From an uncultured delta proteobacterium (GTDB lineage: Bacteria > Desulfobacterota > BSN033 > UBA1163), in assembly GCA_963708295.1 (NCBI GenBank), contig CAVPSJ010000004.1, positions 672,001-736,000 of the forward strand: DNA of 64,000 bases. Reading direction: 5' to 3'. The translations under genes were made by a program, and so were the position numbers. Positions 20,467 to 32,008 of this stretch are shown here, piece after piece. Position 1 is the first letter of the stretch; every line of letters begins with the position of its first letter. The notes below the pieces were generated by a model, which worked only from the letters and a program-made list of their open reading frames with translations, searched no databases and was not told the origin of the DNA.

Positions 20467-21666
20467 GGCTGTCGCCTTCCTTTGATCTGAGGATTGAGGA
20501 GAGCCTATGCCAGGCGTTTGGACTCCTTCCTGCTCAGGGGTGACCTGTCGTCCGGGAACGGCCTTTTGAAGGCCCTTGATAACGACCCATTCTTTTCCCG
20601 TTAGACCTTCTTCGACGACCTGCAGATGGTCGACCAGCGTGCCTGTTCTGACACTCACCCGTTGGACCACGTTCTGTTCATTCACGATCAGCACGTATGA
20701 GCCCCGCTGATCGTATCCGATAGCCTCCTGAGGCACGAGCAGAGCAGGCCCTTTCTTGACAGGCACACGTACCCGGGCATAAAGTCCCGGCAAAATCTTC
20801 CCGTCCGGGTTTGAGAAGATCCCTCGTAGCAGCAAGGTTCCCGTTGTCGGGGTAAGGCTGATAGACGCAAAATCCAGGCGCCCCTGATGAGGATAACCTT
20901 CTTCACTGGTCAGACCCGCAAAGACCGGCCATTTTTTGGCGTCGGCTTGCCCCGGGGTCCAATGGGCCTCCCGCATCAGGCGGGCCAGATCCAAATCACT
21001 GATCGTGAAGTAAACATAGATGGGATCAATCTGGTTGACTTCAGCGAGAACGGTATTTTGGCCTGAACCCACCAGGTTGCCCGGGTCTTGCAGCCTTCGA
21101 TCAATCCTGCCATCGAAAGGAGCAGTGATCTCCGTATAGCTCAGATTGAGCTTGCTCAGGTCTCGGGCCGCTTCTGCCGCCTGCAGGTTAGCCTGGGCCG
21201 AATCCCGCTGGTAGCGCCAGTTGTCTACGTTTTCCTGGGAGGTAGCCTTCTGCTCCAAAAGGTTGGAGTACCGGATCAGTTGTTTTTCGGCATAGTCCAA
21301 CTGGGCTCTTTTGCAGTAATATCTGCGCTTCATTTTGCCGAAGTGTGTCCTGGTAAGTGTTTTGTTGAATGAGAAAGAGGAGCTGCCCTTTTTTGACGAT
21401 TTGGCCGTCCTGAAAGAAGACTTTTTCCAGGTAACCCGAGACCCGGGCAACCAGTTGCACCGTCTTAATGGCTTGTGTATTGCCTGTCAGCTCCAGATAG
21501 TCCGTCACTGTCCGCTGGACGGGCTGAGCCACCGTAACGGTGGGCGGAGGAGGGGGAGGGGAGGTTTTTCTTTGCACGCCGTCACATAAACAGCGAGCAT
21601 CGGACATATGATCCAAGCTAAAACTTGTCGAATCGGGCGGAGCTTCTCTCTTTTTCGGCAAGCCAT
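20463..21666 (-). CDS. RND periplasmic adaptor (MFP) lipoprotein, frameshifted
   Basis: ATG 21666 MACRK...VTACKEKP; ARVSGY, APFDGRI, LPGLYAR; frameshifts near 21565 and 21312. Confidence 0.85.
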
Positions 21667-21723
21667 TACGGTGTCTCCATATCTTCTGTCACGTTAAAGA
21701 CTTCCATCCAGACTCTTAGGCGG

Positions 21724-23343
21724 CTACCAGTCAGGAAGCCGGATGGTGGACTTGGGTTCTTCGGAGGCAGGCGGATGATACGAGGCCGGGGCAAGTAATT
21801 TTCCCCAGTGAGTGCGTTTTCTCATCTCCTCCTTAATCTCAGGAGGCACCACGTCCTTTCCTTCTCGAATCTCCCAGCCACCGCCCAGGGCCCGGTAAAC
21901 TCCCACCAGACTGCTCGATATGTTGCCAAGCGTGCTCGCCAGATTGTCCTGCTCGTTCAAAAGAGCCTGCTGAGCGATCAGGACAGTTGTAAAATCAATG
22001 GTGCCTTCTCGATACTGGAGGACTGCGAGATCGAGGGATTTCTTGGCTGCTTCTACGCTTTGAGCCAGAAATCCGGCCCGATCCTGAGCTCTCAGGAAGG
22101 CTGTCAGATTGTCCTCCACCTCCTGCTGGGCTTCGAGGACGGCGTTTTGATAGGCAATGAGCAACTCCTGAAAGCGGGCATCCTGGACCCGGACATTGTT
22201 CGTGATCCGACCATAGTTGAGGATATTCCACTGGAACGAAGGTCCTGTCTGGGCAGTGCGACTCCTCCACTGAAACATGTCGCTGAGCTTGAAATTTCCT
22301 ACATCACTCGAGAGAAACCCGAAATTCCCTGTGAGAGAGAAAGCGGGATAGAGGTCTGCCTTGGCCACCCCGATTTGGGCGCACTGGGCTGCTGCCTGTT
22401 GCTCGGCACTTCGAATGTCTGGCCGCCGTCGAAGGAGGTCGGCAGGGATACCCACCACAACTTGGGCCGGAGAGACAGGAATCTCCGAGGAGCCTTTCAG
22501 GAGATCGGCCAAGTCGGTTGGCGGCAGGCCCAGCAAGACGCTGAGGGCGTCCTTGGCCTGTTGCAATTGGGTTTCAAGGACAGGGATGGAAGCCAGGGTA
22601 TTATAGAGCACCGTCTTGGCCTGCTCCACGTCCAACTGAGACGCGGTGCCGTACCGAAACCGGGCCTCGGCGATTTTCAGATTCTCTTTTTGGGTTTCGA
22701 CATTTTGACGGGCAATTTCCAAGCGTTTCTCAAGGGTCCTTATCAGAATATAGGAATTCGCAACACTGGCCGTAAGGCTTACCAGGGCATTGTCGTAGTT
22801 CGCGATCGAGGCCAGCCAACTGGCATTGGCTGACTCGATCGCCCGCCTGAATTTCCCCCAGAAAGTCGAGCTCCCAACTGGCCGAAGCCCGATCTCAGAT
22901 TGCCGATAGTTCAAGGGGCTGCTGGTTGAGACAGGGCCTGAGGAGCCCTCTCAGACTGTTCACTCGTCCGGTTGTACTGCAGGGAACCAAAGGCCTGCTG
23001 AGTCTGAGGGTAAAGCCCTCCGGCGGCGATGCCGAGCTGGGCCCGGGCCTCCAGGACTCGCACCCCGGCAATCTTCAGGGATAGGTTCTCCTGGTATGCC
23101 CGGGCAATGAGCTGGTCCAGGACCGGATCATCAAATACCCGCCACCAGTTGCGGTATTCTGGCGGCTCTGTTTTCACCCGCTCGATCACTCGCCTCCAGC
23201 CAGATTTGCGAAACTTTCGCCGGAGGACGAGTGAAATCCGGTCCTACCATGCACCCTGATAAGAGAAGAACAAACACAACTAAGGCTTGCCAATGGGTGC
23301 CCAGATACCTATTGCTTCGACATACTTGTGAACCTTTAAACAA
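21724..23343 (-). CDS. outer-membrane efflux lipoprotein (NodT/OprM-like), frameshifted
   Basis: LSGCMVGPDF, WWRVFDDP, LLRRRPDIR, YRALGGGW. Confidence 0.88.
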
Positions 23344-23497
23344 AGATCGATCGACCTTGGGGTCTTATAGTAATATTCTCGCACGACTGCCGGATGAGGA
23401 GTAAATACGGTAAAGCATGTATTTTTTGCGTGAAAAGGCAGTATCTCAGGAGGATAGAGGAACATCCGCTCTCGGCAATGACCTTGCATTGAAGTCT

Positions 23498-24182
23498 TTA
23501 AGGTTTTCCCAGCGACATCAGAGCATGTAAATCATAGTTGACCAGGTCGCCAATGTGATCAATCGCCAAGTCGGCTGACGGATACATGGCCGTGGCTTTG
23601 GAATCAAGGGCGTAATGCCCCTGGCGCGGCCACACCGTGGTGACCCGATCTCCCCAGATCTTTTTCATCGCAGCCAGAATTCGCAGTTTGTCATCTACCA
23701 TGACGTAATGCCGGGCTGGGTAGTGGTGCTCTACATCATTCAACATCTCCTCTTTGTGGATGTAGATCAACACCCGGCCGTTGACCGCTTCCCAGAGCCC
23801 TGAACGTTGAACTTTTCGCGGCTGGAAGACCACATCGCCATCGGACAGGATGACGGGGGATCCCAAATTTTGAACGTGCTCAAGGGTGTCGAGCGAACCG
23901 GGGTAGAGACGGTTCGCGAACGGGTAATCGACGAGAAAGGATGACATCATCAGCAACCGTACATCGCACAAGTTCTTCCAGCCGGTAGCGCTGCAAGGCG
24001 CCCAGATAGTCCGCATAGCCGAGCTCAGCGCGCAACCCTTCGAAGATGGCAAAGTATCGGTCCCGGGCCTCAGCCCCAAACTCGCTTTCAAGGTGGCGCC
24101 GGAGATCTTTTTCTATCCGGTCGTTATCGAGCAGGGTGTTGTCCACATCAAATAGAAACACAACTTCGCTGGGGGGTCTCAT
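23498..24182 (-). CDS. HAD-superfamily hydrolase (one frameshift near 23965)
   Basis: FDVDNTL, SDGD, MVDDK. Confidence 0.8.
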
Positions 24183-24197
24183 CCAATGCTTCCGAAC

Positions 24198-25113
24198 CTA
24201 TATTTTCTTTTGTTTGATGAACGTGCCGTTCTGGTATTCTTCAAAGGCAATCTTAAGTTCTTCTTGTGTATTCATGACAATGGGACCATACCAGGCAACC
24301 GGTTCGCCGATAGGTTTTCCGGAAACGAGAAGAAAACGAACTCCATCCTTTTCGGCAGTCACAGCCACCTCCTCACCATCGCCATAGAGGACAATCGTCT
24401 CGTTTCCGCACAGACAGCTCCTCTTGAGATCGAAGTAGTTGGCGCCGATCACCTCATGAGCATACGCATCCCGGTTTGGGTCGAAGTACCCTTCCCCCTC
24501 AATCACATAGGCAAAGGCATTTTGCCCTCGGCCTGATAGGGTGAGTGAACGTGGTTCCCGCCGGAACCGTTACATCCAAGTACTCAGGGTCGGTGACAAT
24601 GTCGCGGACGGGCCCCTGCACACCGTTTACCTTCCCGCAGATGATCTTCACCTTTACCCCATCCTTGAGGGAAATCTCGGGAATCTGGCTGCTCTTCACG
24701 TCCCGGTAGCGCGGATCCATCATCTTATGCGAGGCGGGAAGGTTCGCCCAGAGCTGAAATCCCAACATGACCTTCTTCTTGTCGCCCTTCGGCATCTCCT
24801 GATGGATGATGCCGCTGCCCGCGGTCATCCACTGCACGTCCCCCGAATGGATGACCCCGCTGTTCCCCATGCTGTCTCCATGTTCCACCTCACCGCGAAG
24901 GACATAGGTAATCGTTTCGATGCCTCGATGTGGATGCCACGGAAAGCCCTTGAGGTAGTGTTTGGGGTTGTCCGAACGAAAATCGTCGAGAAGGAGGAAC
25001 GGGTCAAGCTGGGGGACCTGATCGTTACCGAAAGCTCGTTTGAGGTGCACCCCCGCTCCTTCGATGGTCGGCTGACTCTTCCAGATCTTCTTGATTCTTC
25101 TATAACTGCTCAT
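24198..25113 (-). CDS. pirin family protein (one frameshift near 24530)
   Basis: EGAGV, DPFLLLD, HPHRGIE, WMTAGSGIIHQE, YGPIVMNT. Confidence 0.9.
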
Positions 25114-25271
25114 CGCTCTCTCCTTTCTCAAGGCTCTTTCTGGCCTTCAGCGGCAACTTGCCTGTTGAACCTTGAAAAAAATTTTCTTCATCTTGTATCT
25201 ACATTGTCGAACGACGATGGGAATGGAGTAAATCCGTTGAAGAATGTATTTTTTCGGCGAGAAGATAGTAT

Positions 25272-25829
25272 TTAGAGTTTCATTCTCCGTGTCCAAGCAA
25301 CCAGGCTTTGGAGCAACTCCTTTATCTTTTTCCGGGTTTTTTCGTCCGTTACCCTGCCGTTGCTATCAACCTTATCTTGTGCAAGAGGGACCATCACTTC
25401 CGGCTGATTTAAGGGAAGCATGTTCAAAAAAACGAAGCTTCGCCTCAGATCATACTGCGCCCTGGCTGTTCCCAACGTCCCTATGGATGCACCCATTATG
25501 GCAACAGGTTTACCATCAAAGGCATTGTCCCCGTAAGGTCTCGAAGCCCAGTCAATGGCATTCTTCAACACCCCCGGGATGGAATAGTTGTATTCCGGGG
25601 TGGCAATCAAGATGGCATCGGAAGCTCTGATTTTTGATTTGAACTCTTTGACCTTATCCGGCGGCTGACGCTCTAAGTCCTGGTTGAAGGGCGGGATTCC
25701 TTCAAGATCGAAAATCTCGAGGGTTGCATTTTCAGGAACCATCTCAAGAGCTACGGCTAAGATCGCCTTGTTGTACGATTGTTTTCTCAGGCTGCCTGCA
25801 AATCCAAGAACGTGAACATTCTTATTCAT
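25272..25829 (-). CDS. NADPH-dependent FMN reductase (ChrR-like)
   Basis: GSLRKQSYN, TPEYNYSIPGVLKNAIDW. Confidence 0.9.
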   Translation of the reverse strand: MNKNVHVLGFAGSLRKQSYNKAILAVALEMVPENATLEIFDLEGIPPFNQDLERQPPDKVKEFKSKIRASDAILIATPEYNYSIPGVLKNAIDWASRPYGDNAFDGKPVAIMGASIGTLGTARAQYDLRRSFVFLNMLPLNQPEVMVPLAQDKVDSNGRVTDEKTRKKIKELLQSLVAWTRRMKL

Positions 25830-26148
25830 CACTCTTCCTCCTTTTTATCCAACATCATCTTTTCACATTTTATTTAATCATCTCAGCCCAAAAGTGCCAT
25901 GAGAAACCGCCCATCGTCCAGTTTTGCACAATGTCTTCGGTACCTACTCTTTCTATTAGGATCATCATAACAAAGGTTGCCGGAAGGGCTCCCCTATGAA
26001 AGCGACTTAAAATACAGTGCGTCGGCCTGAAAAATACTTGATACATCCCATTTACTTCTTCAAATTCTTAGGGAAACATGAATGTATCCCATTGTCATTT
26101 CTATACGAGTGCGTACAGCGCGTTAAATAAAAAGCAGGAGGAAAATTA

Positions 26149-26721
26149 ATGACACCACAAAAAAAGCAGAAACAAACTAAACCCGGATCTTTTCCTGAAC
26201 CTAAGGGACAAAATAGCGAGGAAACGAGTCCTCTGGCCAAAGCATGGGTCGCCGACCTTGCCAGCCACAACGATGCAATCCGTGTGAAGGCACGTCACTC
26301 CCTTGTAGCGATGGGTAAGGCCGCAGTACCGTTGCTGACCAAAGCACTGAAAAGTGAGAACAGCCTAACAAAGTGGGAAGCGGCTAAAGCATTGGGCGAG
26401 ATCGGAGATCCGAGTACAGCCTCCACCCTGGTGGACGCTCTGGAAGATGAAGATTTTGACGTCCGTTGGCTTGCTGCCGAAGGGCTAACTAAAATGAACA
26501 TTAATGCGTTAAAGCCGTTGCTCCAGGCGTTAGAAAAACGTGGAGATTCTTTTTTCCTTCAAGAAGGCGCTCATCATGTATTTCATGACCTCGCAAAAGG
26601 AGCGCTCAGGAAATTTCTCGGTCCGGTGTTAGCCGCCCTGGAGAGGTTGGAACCAGGGGAAGAAGTCCCATGGGCAGCACGCCATGCCCTTGAAATGCTG
26701 GAAAAGGCTAAGACCCTTTAA
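26149..26721 (+). CDS. HEAT-repeat protein
   Basis: WEAAKALGEIGD and VRWLAAEGL repeats; SD GGAGG. Confidence 0.8.
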   Translation: MTPQKKQKQTKPGSFPEPKGQNSEETSPLAKAWVADLASHNDAIRVKARHSLVAMGKAAVPLLTKALKSENSLTKWEAAKALGEIGDPSTASTLVDALEDEDFDVRWLAAEGLTKMNINALKPLLQALEKRGDSFFLQEGAHHVFHDLAKGALRKFLGPVLAALERLEPGEEVPWAARHALEMLEKAKTL

Positions 26722-26946
26722 GCTCTATACTCCGTGCCTCCGATGCCTACATTCATATGGACAAACCAGTACCAATAAACCTTTGGGGTGAGGTAAGCGA
26801 AAGGGGAAGGGCTTGCGAAGCGTCTAGGATGATGGTACGTATCAACTGGGCCTTTATCCACAGGAGGTCAAGTACCAGCCTTCGATTGAAAATCTCCCCG
26901 TCCCAAGATTTGAGGGGCCAGCCCATAAGTCATAGGAACCGATGAC

Positions 26947-27774
26947 ATGTCATTTCATGTCCTTTTTTTAGTCTCCATCGTTGCCGGGTTCGTGGGCGCC
27001 ATGAGCGGAATGGGAGGTGGTATAATTCTCATTCCAGTGCTCACGCTGTTTGGGATGGACATCAAATATGCCATTGCCGTCAGCATCGTTTCCGTTATCG
27101 CGACATCGAGTGGTTCAGCTTCAGCCTATGTGAGAGATCGTATCACCAACCTCAAAGTAGGCATGTTTTTGGAAATGTTTACGATTGTCGGAGCGCTGGC
27201 CGGCGCTGCAATCACATTAGTCTCTGGTAGAAGAATCCTCTTCATCCTTTTTGGTATTGTCCTCTTATCTTCATGGGTCCTCCTGTTCCGGCAGAGAAAT
27301 GAAGGTTGGCGGCAGGCGGTTCATCAAGATGTCTTCTCTCGCTGGCTCGAATTGGAAGGCAGTTATTATGACCGGTCTGTTCGCCAAACGATCGTGTATC
27401 AGGGTGCACGAGCCTATCTCGGCGGTCCCTTGATGTTCGGCGCGGGATTGATTGCCGGGCTTTTGGGCATCGGTGCTGGAGCTCTTAAAGTATTGATCCA
27501 CGATCTTGTGATGGGACTCCCGCCCAAGGTATCCACCACCACCAGTAACTTGATCATCGGTGTGACGGCCCTGGCGGGCACCAGTGTATATCTCGCGGCG
27601 GGAATGATCGATCCGGGACTGGCTGCCCCGGTCATTCTTGGTGTTGTCTCCGGTGCCTTCATGGGCACACGCCTGCTCGTCCGGTTGACCAATCAGTCGG
27701 TACGTCGCATCTTTTTAGGGGTGTTGCTCGTTTTGGGAGTCGAGATGATCTTCCGCGGTATCTGGGGAGCTTGA
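26947..27774 (+). CDS. sulfite exporter TauE/SafE (TSUP) family
   Basis: GMGGGII, SVIATSSG, GLLGIGAG, KVSTTTSN. Confidence 0.9.
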   Translation: MSFHVLFLVSIVAGFVGAMSGMGGGIILIPVLTLFGMDIKYAIAVSIVSVIATSSGSASAYVRDRITNLKVGMFLEMFTIVGALAGAAITLVSGRRILFILFGIVLLSSWVLLFRQRNEGWRQAVHQDVFSRWLELEGSYYDRSVRQTIVYQGARAYLGGPLMFGAGLIAGLLGIGAGALKVLIHDLVMGLPPKVSTTTSNLIIGVTALAGTSVYLAAGMIDPGLAAPVILGVVSGAFMGTRLLVRLTNQSVRRIFLGVLLVLGVEMIFRGIWGA

Positions 27775-27783
27775 AGGCCGAAA

Positions 27784-28188
27784 ATGCACGTATCAAACCA
27801 TTCACCTGAGACAGCACAGCGTATCCATCGTTTCGATATGGAAAGCCTGGTCGGGTATATCCTCTTGATCGGTGTTCTGCTGAGTGTGGCTCTGCTCGTG
27901 GTTGGTTTTGTCTGGCGTTGGGTGAGGGTAGGCAATCTGCGATTCGAACATTCGATTGTCGGAATGAATTTTTCCGAATTCATCGGTTCCACGCTTCGGC
28001 AGATGACTTCTCAGACTCTTCGCCCTCGTCTCTTCCTCAACATGGGGATCGGGATTTTGATGTTAACCCCTTTTGTGCGTGTGCTGGCTTCTGTCTTCTA
28101 CTTCGCTTTCGTGGAGCACAACTGGAAGTACACTCTCTTCACGGGCTTTGTCCTGGGCGTGCTCACCTATAGCCTCTTCCTGCGATAA
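27784..28188 (+). CDS. DUF1634 membrane protein
   Basis: GILMLTPFVRV; typical partner downstream of TauE. Confidence 0.8.
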   Translation: MHVSNHSPETAQRIHRFDMESLVGYILLIGVLLSVALLVVGFVWRWVRVGNLRFEHSIVGMNFSEFIGSTLRQMTSQTLRPRLFLNMGIGILMLTPFVRVLASVFYFAFVEHNWKYTLFTGFVLGVLTYSLFLR

Positions 28189-28340
28189 CCTATGGCACCG
28201 ACTTGGAGGATGATGAGAGGGACAGGATTCCTCAAAATACTGCCCGCCTGCTCGTAAAATACAAAGTTCACCTTATTTCCTTCCTAAGACCGATCTATTT
28301 TAATATAAGTTGGATGGCCGGTTTAAAAGGAGGAAGAAAG

Positions 28341-28888
28341 ATGGAGAAACGTTATCGATTTCCGTCGGACAAGGCCTTATTGGTTTTGGCCCTCCTTCTT
28401 TTGATTCTTCCTCGCAGGCTGTGCTCCCATCTCAAAAGATTTGAGAGCCCAGGCAGACCGAACACTCAGCTTCCACCAGGTTTTCAAAAATCCGGATGCG
28501 GTTAAAAATAGAATCGTGATCTGGGGTAGGGAGATCGTTGAAACCATCAATCTGAAAGACGGAACGACCCTGATCGTCGTCTTACAGCGCCCTCTGGATT
28601 GGCTGGAAGAACCTAAGATCCAACGCTCGGAAGGAAGATTCATCATCCTCGTCGGAGGCTATGTCGACCCATACGTCTTCGGAAGGGGGAGGAGAATCAC
28701 CGTCGCAGGAGAAATCCTGGGAAAGAAAAGTCATGCGCCTTGGCGAATTGGAATATCCCTATCCTCTTCTTGAAAGCAAACAAATTTACCTCTGGGGAGA
28801 ATATTGCTACTCCCCTTCTCCATATCCATATTATCCTTGGGGGTTTCATGGATCCTATGGCCCGAGGTGGGGCTATCCGTATTGGTAG
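28341..28888 (+). CDS. Slp-family outer-membrane lipoprotein (frameshifted twice)
   Basis: LAGCAP lipobox after a shift; WGREI, GRFI, VDP..F..GR.ITVAG, YPYP. Confidence 0.75.
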
Positions 28889-28981
28889 AATGTTTCTTTT
28901 CTCAAGAACGCTTTTGTTCATAAGAATCGACGGCCATCGACCTCCTGAACATGTTGTGCTAACTGGAGGAGAGGGGTAAAA

Positions 28982-29266
28982 ATGAAAAAGATGGGGTGGC
29001 TGGTAAGCCTTGCGATCGTCCTTCTTCCAACTTTCGTCTCGGCAGACTGTGCGGATCTCGGAAGGTACACCCAGTGGATTCTCGAAACTTCACATGCCCT
29101 CGTCTTCTACGCAGGACCCAAACCCCTCGCCCGCATTGAAATACCAAATTGTGAGATCACCCCATCGTCGACGATCCGCCTGCGCACGAGTTACGTATGT
29201 GAACTGGACGAAATTGAGATCGACGGTGTCGCGTGTCAAATTCTAACCGTAGAAATATTAAATTAG
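28982..29266 (+). CDS. small exported Cys-containing hypothetical protein
   Basis: Signal peptide, four Cys; SD GAGGGG. Confidence 0.65.
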   Translation: MKKMGWLVSLAIVLLPTFVSADCADLGRYTQWILETSHALVFYAGPKPLARIEIPNCEITPSSTIRLRTSYVCELDEIEIDGVACQILTVEILN

Positions 29267-29360
29267 GAGACGATGCTGGCAGCTTGGATGGTTTTAATGA
29301 GAAAGCACTCAAGTGGCTCGAAGCCTGGATGATATCTCATTTTCCCTGGAGGTAACAAAG

Positions 29361-29648
29361 ATGCTCTCAAAAATACCGATCGACCTTGGAAGAATAAAAA
29401 AGGATGACCTGGATAAAGAAGTTCTCCGGGCCGCGATCATTGCTGAATTGGACGCGATCAATCTTTATGAGCAAATGGCGGATATGACGCGGAATGCGAA
29501 TATTAGAAAAGTGCTCCTGGATATCGCAAGAGAAGAGAAAACCCACGTGGGAGAGTTCCAGACCCTTCTCCTGATTGAAGATACGGAACAGGTTCACGAG
29601 CTGGAAGAAGGAAAAAAAGAAGTCCGAGAATTATTGGTCCGAAAATAA
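29361..29648 (+). CDS. short ferritin-like protein (encapsulin-cargo Flp/EncFtn type)
   Basis: LRAAIIAELDAINLYEQ...REEKTHVGEF; SD GGAGG. Confidence 0.8.
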   Translation: MLSKIPIDLGRIKKDDLDKEVLRAAIIAELDAINLYEQMADMTRNANIRKVLLDIAREEKTHVGEFQTLLLIEDTEQVHELEEGKKEVRELLVRK

Positions 29649-29727
29649 TCTTAGGTGTCCCCGTCCCGCAAGTAGGGCCATCTTCCGCCATCTCACCGTC
29701 TCATGGGGAATGGATAGGAGAAACTGG

Positions 29728-29823
29728 TTATTTTCCCCTGGATGATCCAATCCTGCTATAGAATTCCTGCTGCTTGGAGCTGAGCTTAACCTTCTTTGGT
29801 TTTTCTGCTCTTCTCTGTGCCAT
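29728..29823 (-). CDS. 31-aa basic peptide with a KGG-like stress motif
   Basis: SD GGAGGT; MAQRRAEKPKKVKLSSKQQEFYSRIGSSRGK. Confidence 0.4.
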   Translation of the reverse strand: MAQRRAEKPKKVKLSSKQQEFYSRIGSSRGK

Positions 29824-30045
29824 GGTTTGACACCTCCGTTTGCTCACATTTTTAAGATAATCACGGTCAAATAAGATCGCAAGGGCGAGGAGCAGGCCCG
29901 TCCAGCGCTCAACATCCATAGATTTCCAAAGAATACGGCATCTCCGCACGTAAAATACGGAAGACACTGTATTCATTCGGCTGGATGATCGTGAGAGAAT
30001 AATCCTTGGTAAGAGGAATTTCACGGATCTAAACGGAGAGAAGGA

Positions 30046-30483
30046 ATGATAAGTATGTTGCGTTCCATTCGTTACCGTCGGCTATTTTTGATGGTTCTTA
30101 GCCTTCTCATGTCAGGAATAATCTTAATCTCCCTCCAGTCTATATTCGCCCGGGCTGCGGAGAGAACCAAACCTGTCGACCTAAGCACAGCCAATATCCA
30201 GGTGGCAAAGCAGAACCTCCCTGTAGCCGTCTACATCGAGGTGACGGAAAGCCGGGAAGTCACCAATCCCTTTTTGCCCTATCAAAATGATCCATTCTTT
30301 AGACGGTTCTTTGGTGTTCCCAAAATGCCCAAGAAGTTCAAACAGGAGCTGAAGGGGTTGGGATCGGGAATGATTATCGACCCTCAGGGCCACATCCTCA
30401 CCAATGTTCATGTCGCTGGTATCGATATCAATCTTTTTAATTCGCTCGAAATGGGAGATGACCGAGATCGGCGGCGGGAGTAG
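30046..30483 (+). pseudogene. truncated DegP/HtrA fragment
   Basis: DPFFRRFF, GLGSG, ILTNVHV, then homology is lost; no catalytic Asp/Ser, no PDZ. Confidence 0.75.
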
Positions 30484-30656
30484 CCGTTTGCATAACCCGG
30501 ATCTGGGAAGGGTCGGAATCGCAGAGCCGGGCCGAAGGATTCAGCCTTAGAACGGAGAAACTCCGATCCCTGAATCCATTTCCCTGATCTCCAGAATACC
30601 CGAGGATGCCGGTGATGACTCCAACGTAGCCAAAGAATGAATCTGATGAGCTTTTC

Positions 30657-31946
30657 ATGGATGATCCAAAAGGGTTAAAGCTGATTTTCCGAGCCCTCTA
30701 TTCGAGAAACTATCGCCTCTTCTTCGGTGGTCAGGGTGTCTCTTTGATCGGCACCTGGATGCAGCAGATCGCCATGAGCTGGCTGGTTTATCGATTGACC
30801 AATTCAGCCTTCCTCCTGGGGCTCATTGGGTTTTCAAGTCAAATTTCGAGCCTGTTCTTTTCTCCCTTTGCCGGCGTCGTCTCTGACCGATGGAACCGTC
30901 ATCGCATCCTGGTGGTCACTCAATCCCTGGCCATGATCCAGGCCTTTTTTTTGGCCTTTCTCACTCTGACGGGTGTCATCGCTGTTTCTCACCTGATCAT
31001 CCTGTCTATTTTCCTCGGCCTTGTGAATGCCTTTGATATGCCCACGCGCCAGGCATTTGTCGTGGAGATATTAGAAAAGAGAGAGCACCTGGGGAATGCC
31101 ATCGCCCTGAACTCATTTCTTTTTAACGGGGCGAGACTCGTGGGACCCTCCGTCGCTGGCATCCTCATCTCCATCTTGGGGGAAGGAATGTGTTTTCTAC
31201 TCAACGGGTTCAGCTTTCTTGCAGTCATCATGGCTCTTTTGGCAATGAAAATGCCCCCAAATACAAAAGATTCCCAGAAGCCCCAGGTCTGGCCAGAACT
31301 CAAAGAAGGGTTTATCTATGCCTTCAGCTTTCCTCCTATCCGGTCAATTCTTCTCTTTATCGGGTGGATCAGTTTTGTCGGAATGGCGAACACAACCCTC
31401 ATGCCTGTTTTTGCCAGAGACATCCTTCACGGCGACTCCAAGACTTATGGTCTTCTCATGGCAGCGATTGGCGTGGGCGCCATCATTGCAGCCATTTTCC
31501 TTGCTTCCCGGAAAAGCGTGCTTGGGCTGGGAAGAATCATTGTGATCGGTTCCGGTATCTTTGGAATTGGATTGATCTTGTTCTCCTTATCGCATATCCT
31601 ATGGCTCTCATTTTTTCTTCTGTTGCTCGCAGGATTTGGCATGATGGTGCACATGGCATCGAGTAATACGATCCTCCAGACCATTGTGGATGATGATAAG
31701 AGGGGCCGGGTGATGAGCCTCTATGCAATGGCATTTATGGGGATGGCTCCTCTCGGGAGTCTCGTGGGAGGAAGTCTGGCAGGCTGGATTGGGGCACCCC
31801 TGACCTTAATCCTGATCGGAACCTCATGTATGATCGGGTCCTTTCTGTTTAGAAAGATACTTCCTACGCTGAGAATGATGATTCGCCCAATCTATGTAAG
31901 AAAAGGGATCCTCTCAGAAAGATCAGAAATACAAGGCAAAAGTTGA
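30657..31946 (+). CDS. MFS transporter (MFS_3 / H+ antiporter-like)
   Basis: GTWMQ, GVVSDR, DMPTRQ, RGRVMS; about 12 TMs. Confidence 0.9.
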   Translation: MDDPKGLKLIFRALYSRNYRLFFGGQGVSLIGTWMQQIAMSWLVYRLTNSAFLLGLIGFSSQISSLFFSPFAGVVSDRWNRHRILVVTQSLAMIQAFFLAFLTLTGVIAVSHLIILSIFLGLVNAFDMPTRQAFVVEILEKREHLGNAIALNSFLFNGARLVGPSVAGILISILGEGMCFLLNGFSFLAVIMALLAMKMPPNTKDSQKPQVWPELKEGFIYAFSFPPIRSILLFIGWISFVGMANTTLMPVFARDILHGDSKTYGLLMAAIGVGAIIAAIFLASRKSVLGLGRIIVIGSGIFGIGLILFSLSHILWLSFFLLLLAGFGMMVHMASSNTILQTIVDDDKRGRVMSLYAMAFMGMAPLGSLVGGSLAGWIGAPLTLILIGTSCMIGSFLFRKILPTLRMMIRPIYVRKGILSERSEIQGKS

Positions 31947-31960
31947 AAATTATCTTTCCG

Positions 31961-32001
31961 ATACAGTAAATACTGTATTCTTGAAAAAGGCCTGGTATAA
32001 T
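31961..32001 (+). promoter_or_regulatory. palindromic operator plus extended -10 promoter (probable leaderless dedA)
   Basis: ATACAGTA-AA-TACTGTAT; TGGTATAAT ends 7 nt before ATG 32009; no SD. Confidence 0.45.
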
Positions 32002-32008
32002 TTGTGTA

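Noticed and set aside
18694-21450. 918-aa ORF suggesting an MFP-RND permease fusion
   Set aside because: A GTGA start/stop overlap sits at 20463-20466 and the operon is full of indels, so the fusion is probably a frameshift artefact
21808-22833. Long antisense ORFs (also 17906-18520, 24541-25275, 62530-63129, 63184-63651)
   Set aside because: Shadows of well-supported genes on the opposite strand
23473-23488. sigma54-like CGGCAATGACCTTGCA
   Set aside because: It is on the + strand, pointing antisense into the HAD gene with no gene to drive
26854-26862. DnaA box TTATCCACA
   Set aside because: Single isolated box with no cluster or AT-rich unwinding element; not oriC
30470-30650. Riboswitch-like words (GGGAGTAGC, TGATGACTCC) before the MFS gene
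   Set aside because: The remaining yybP or fluoride riboswitch consensus elements cannot be found
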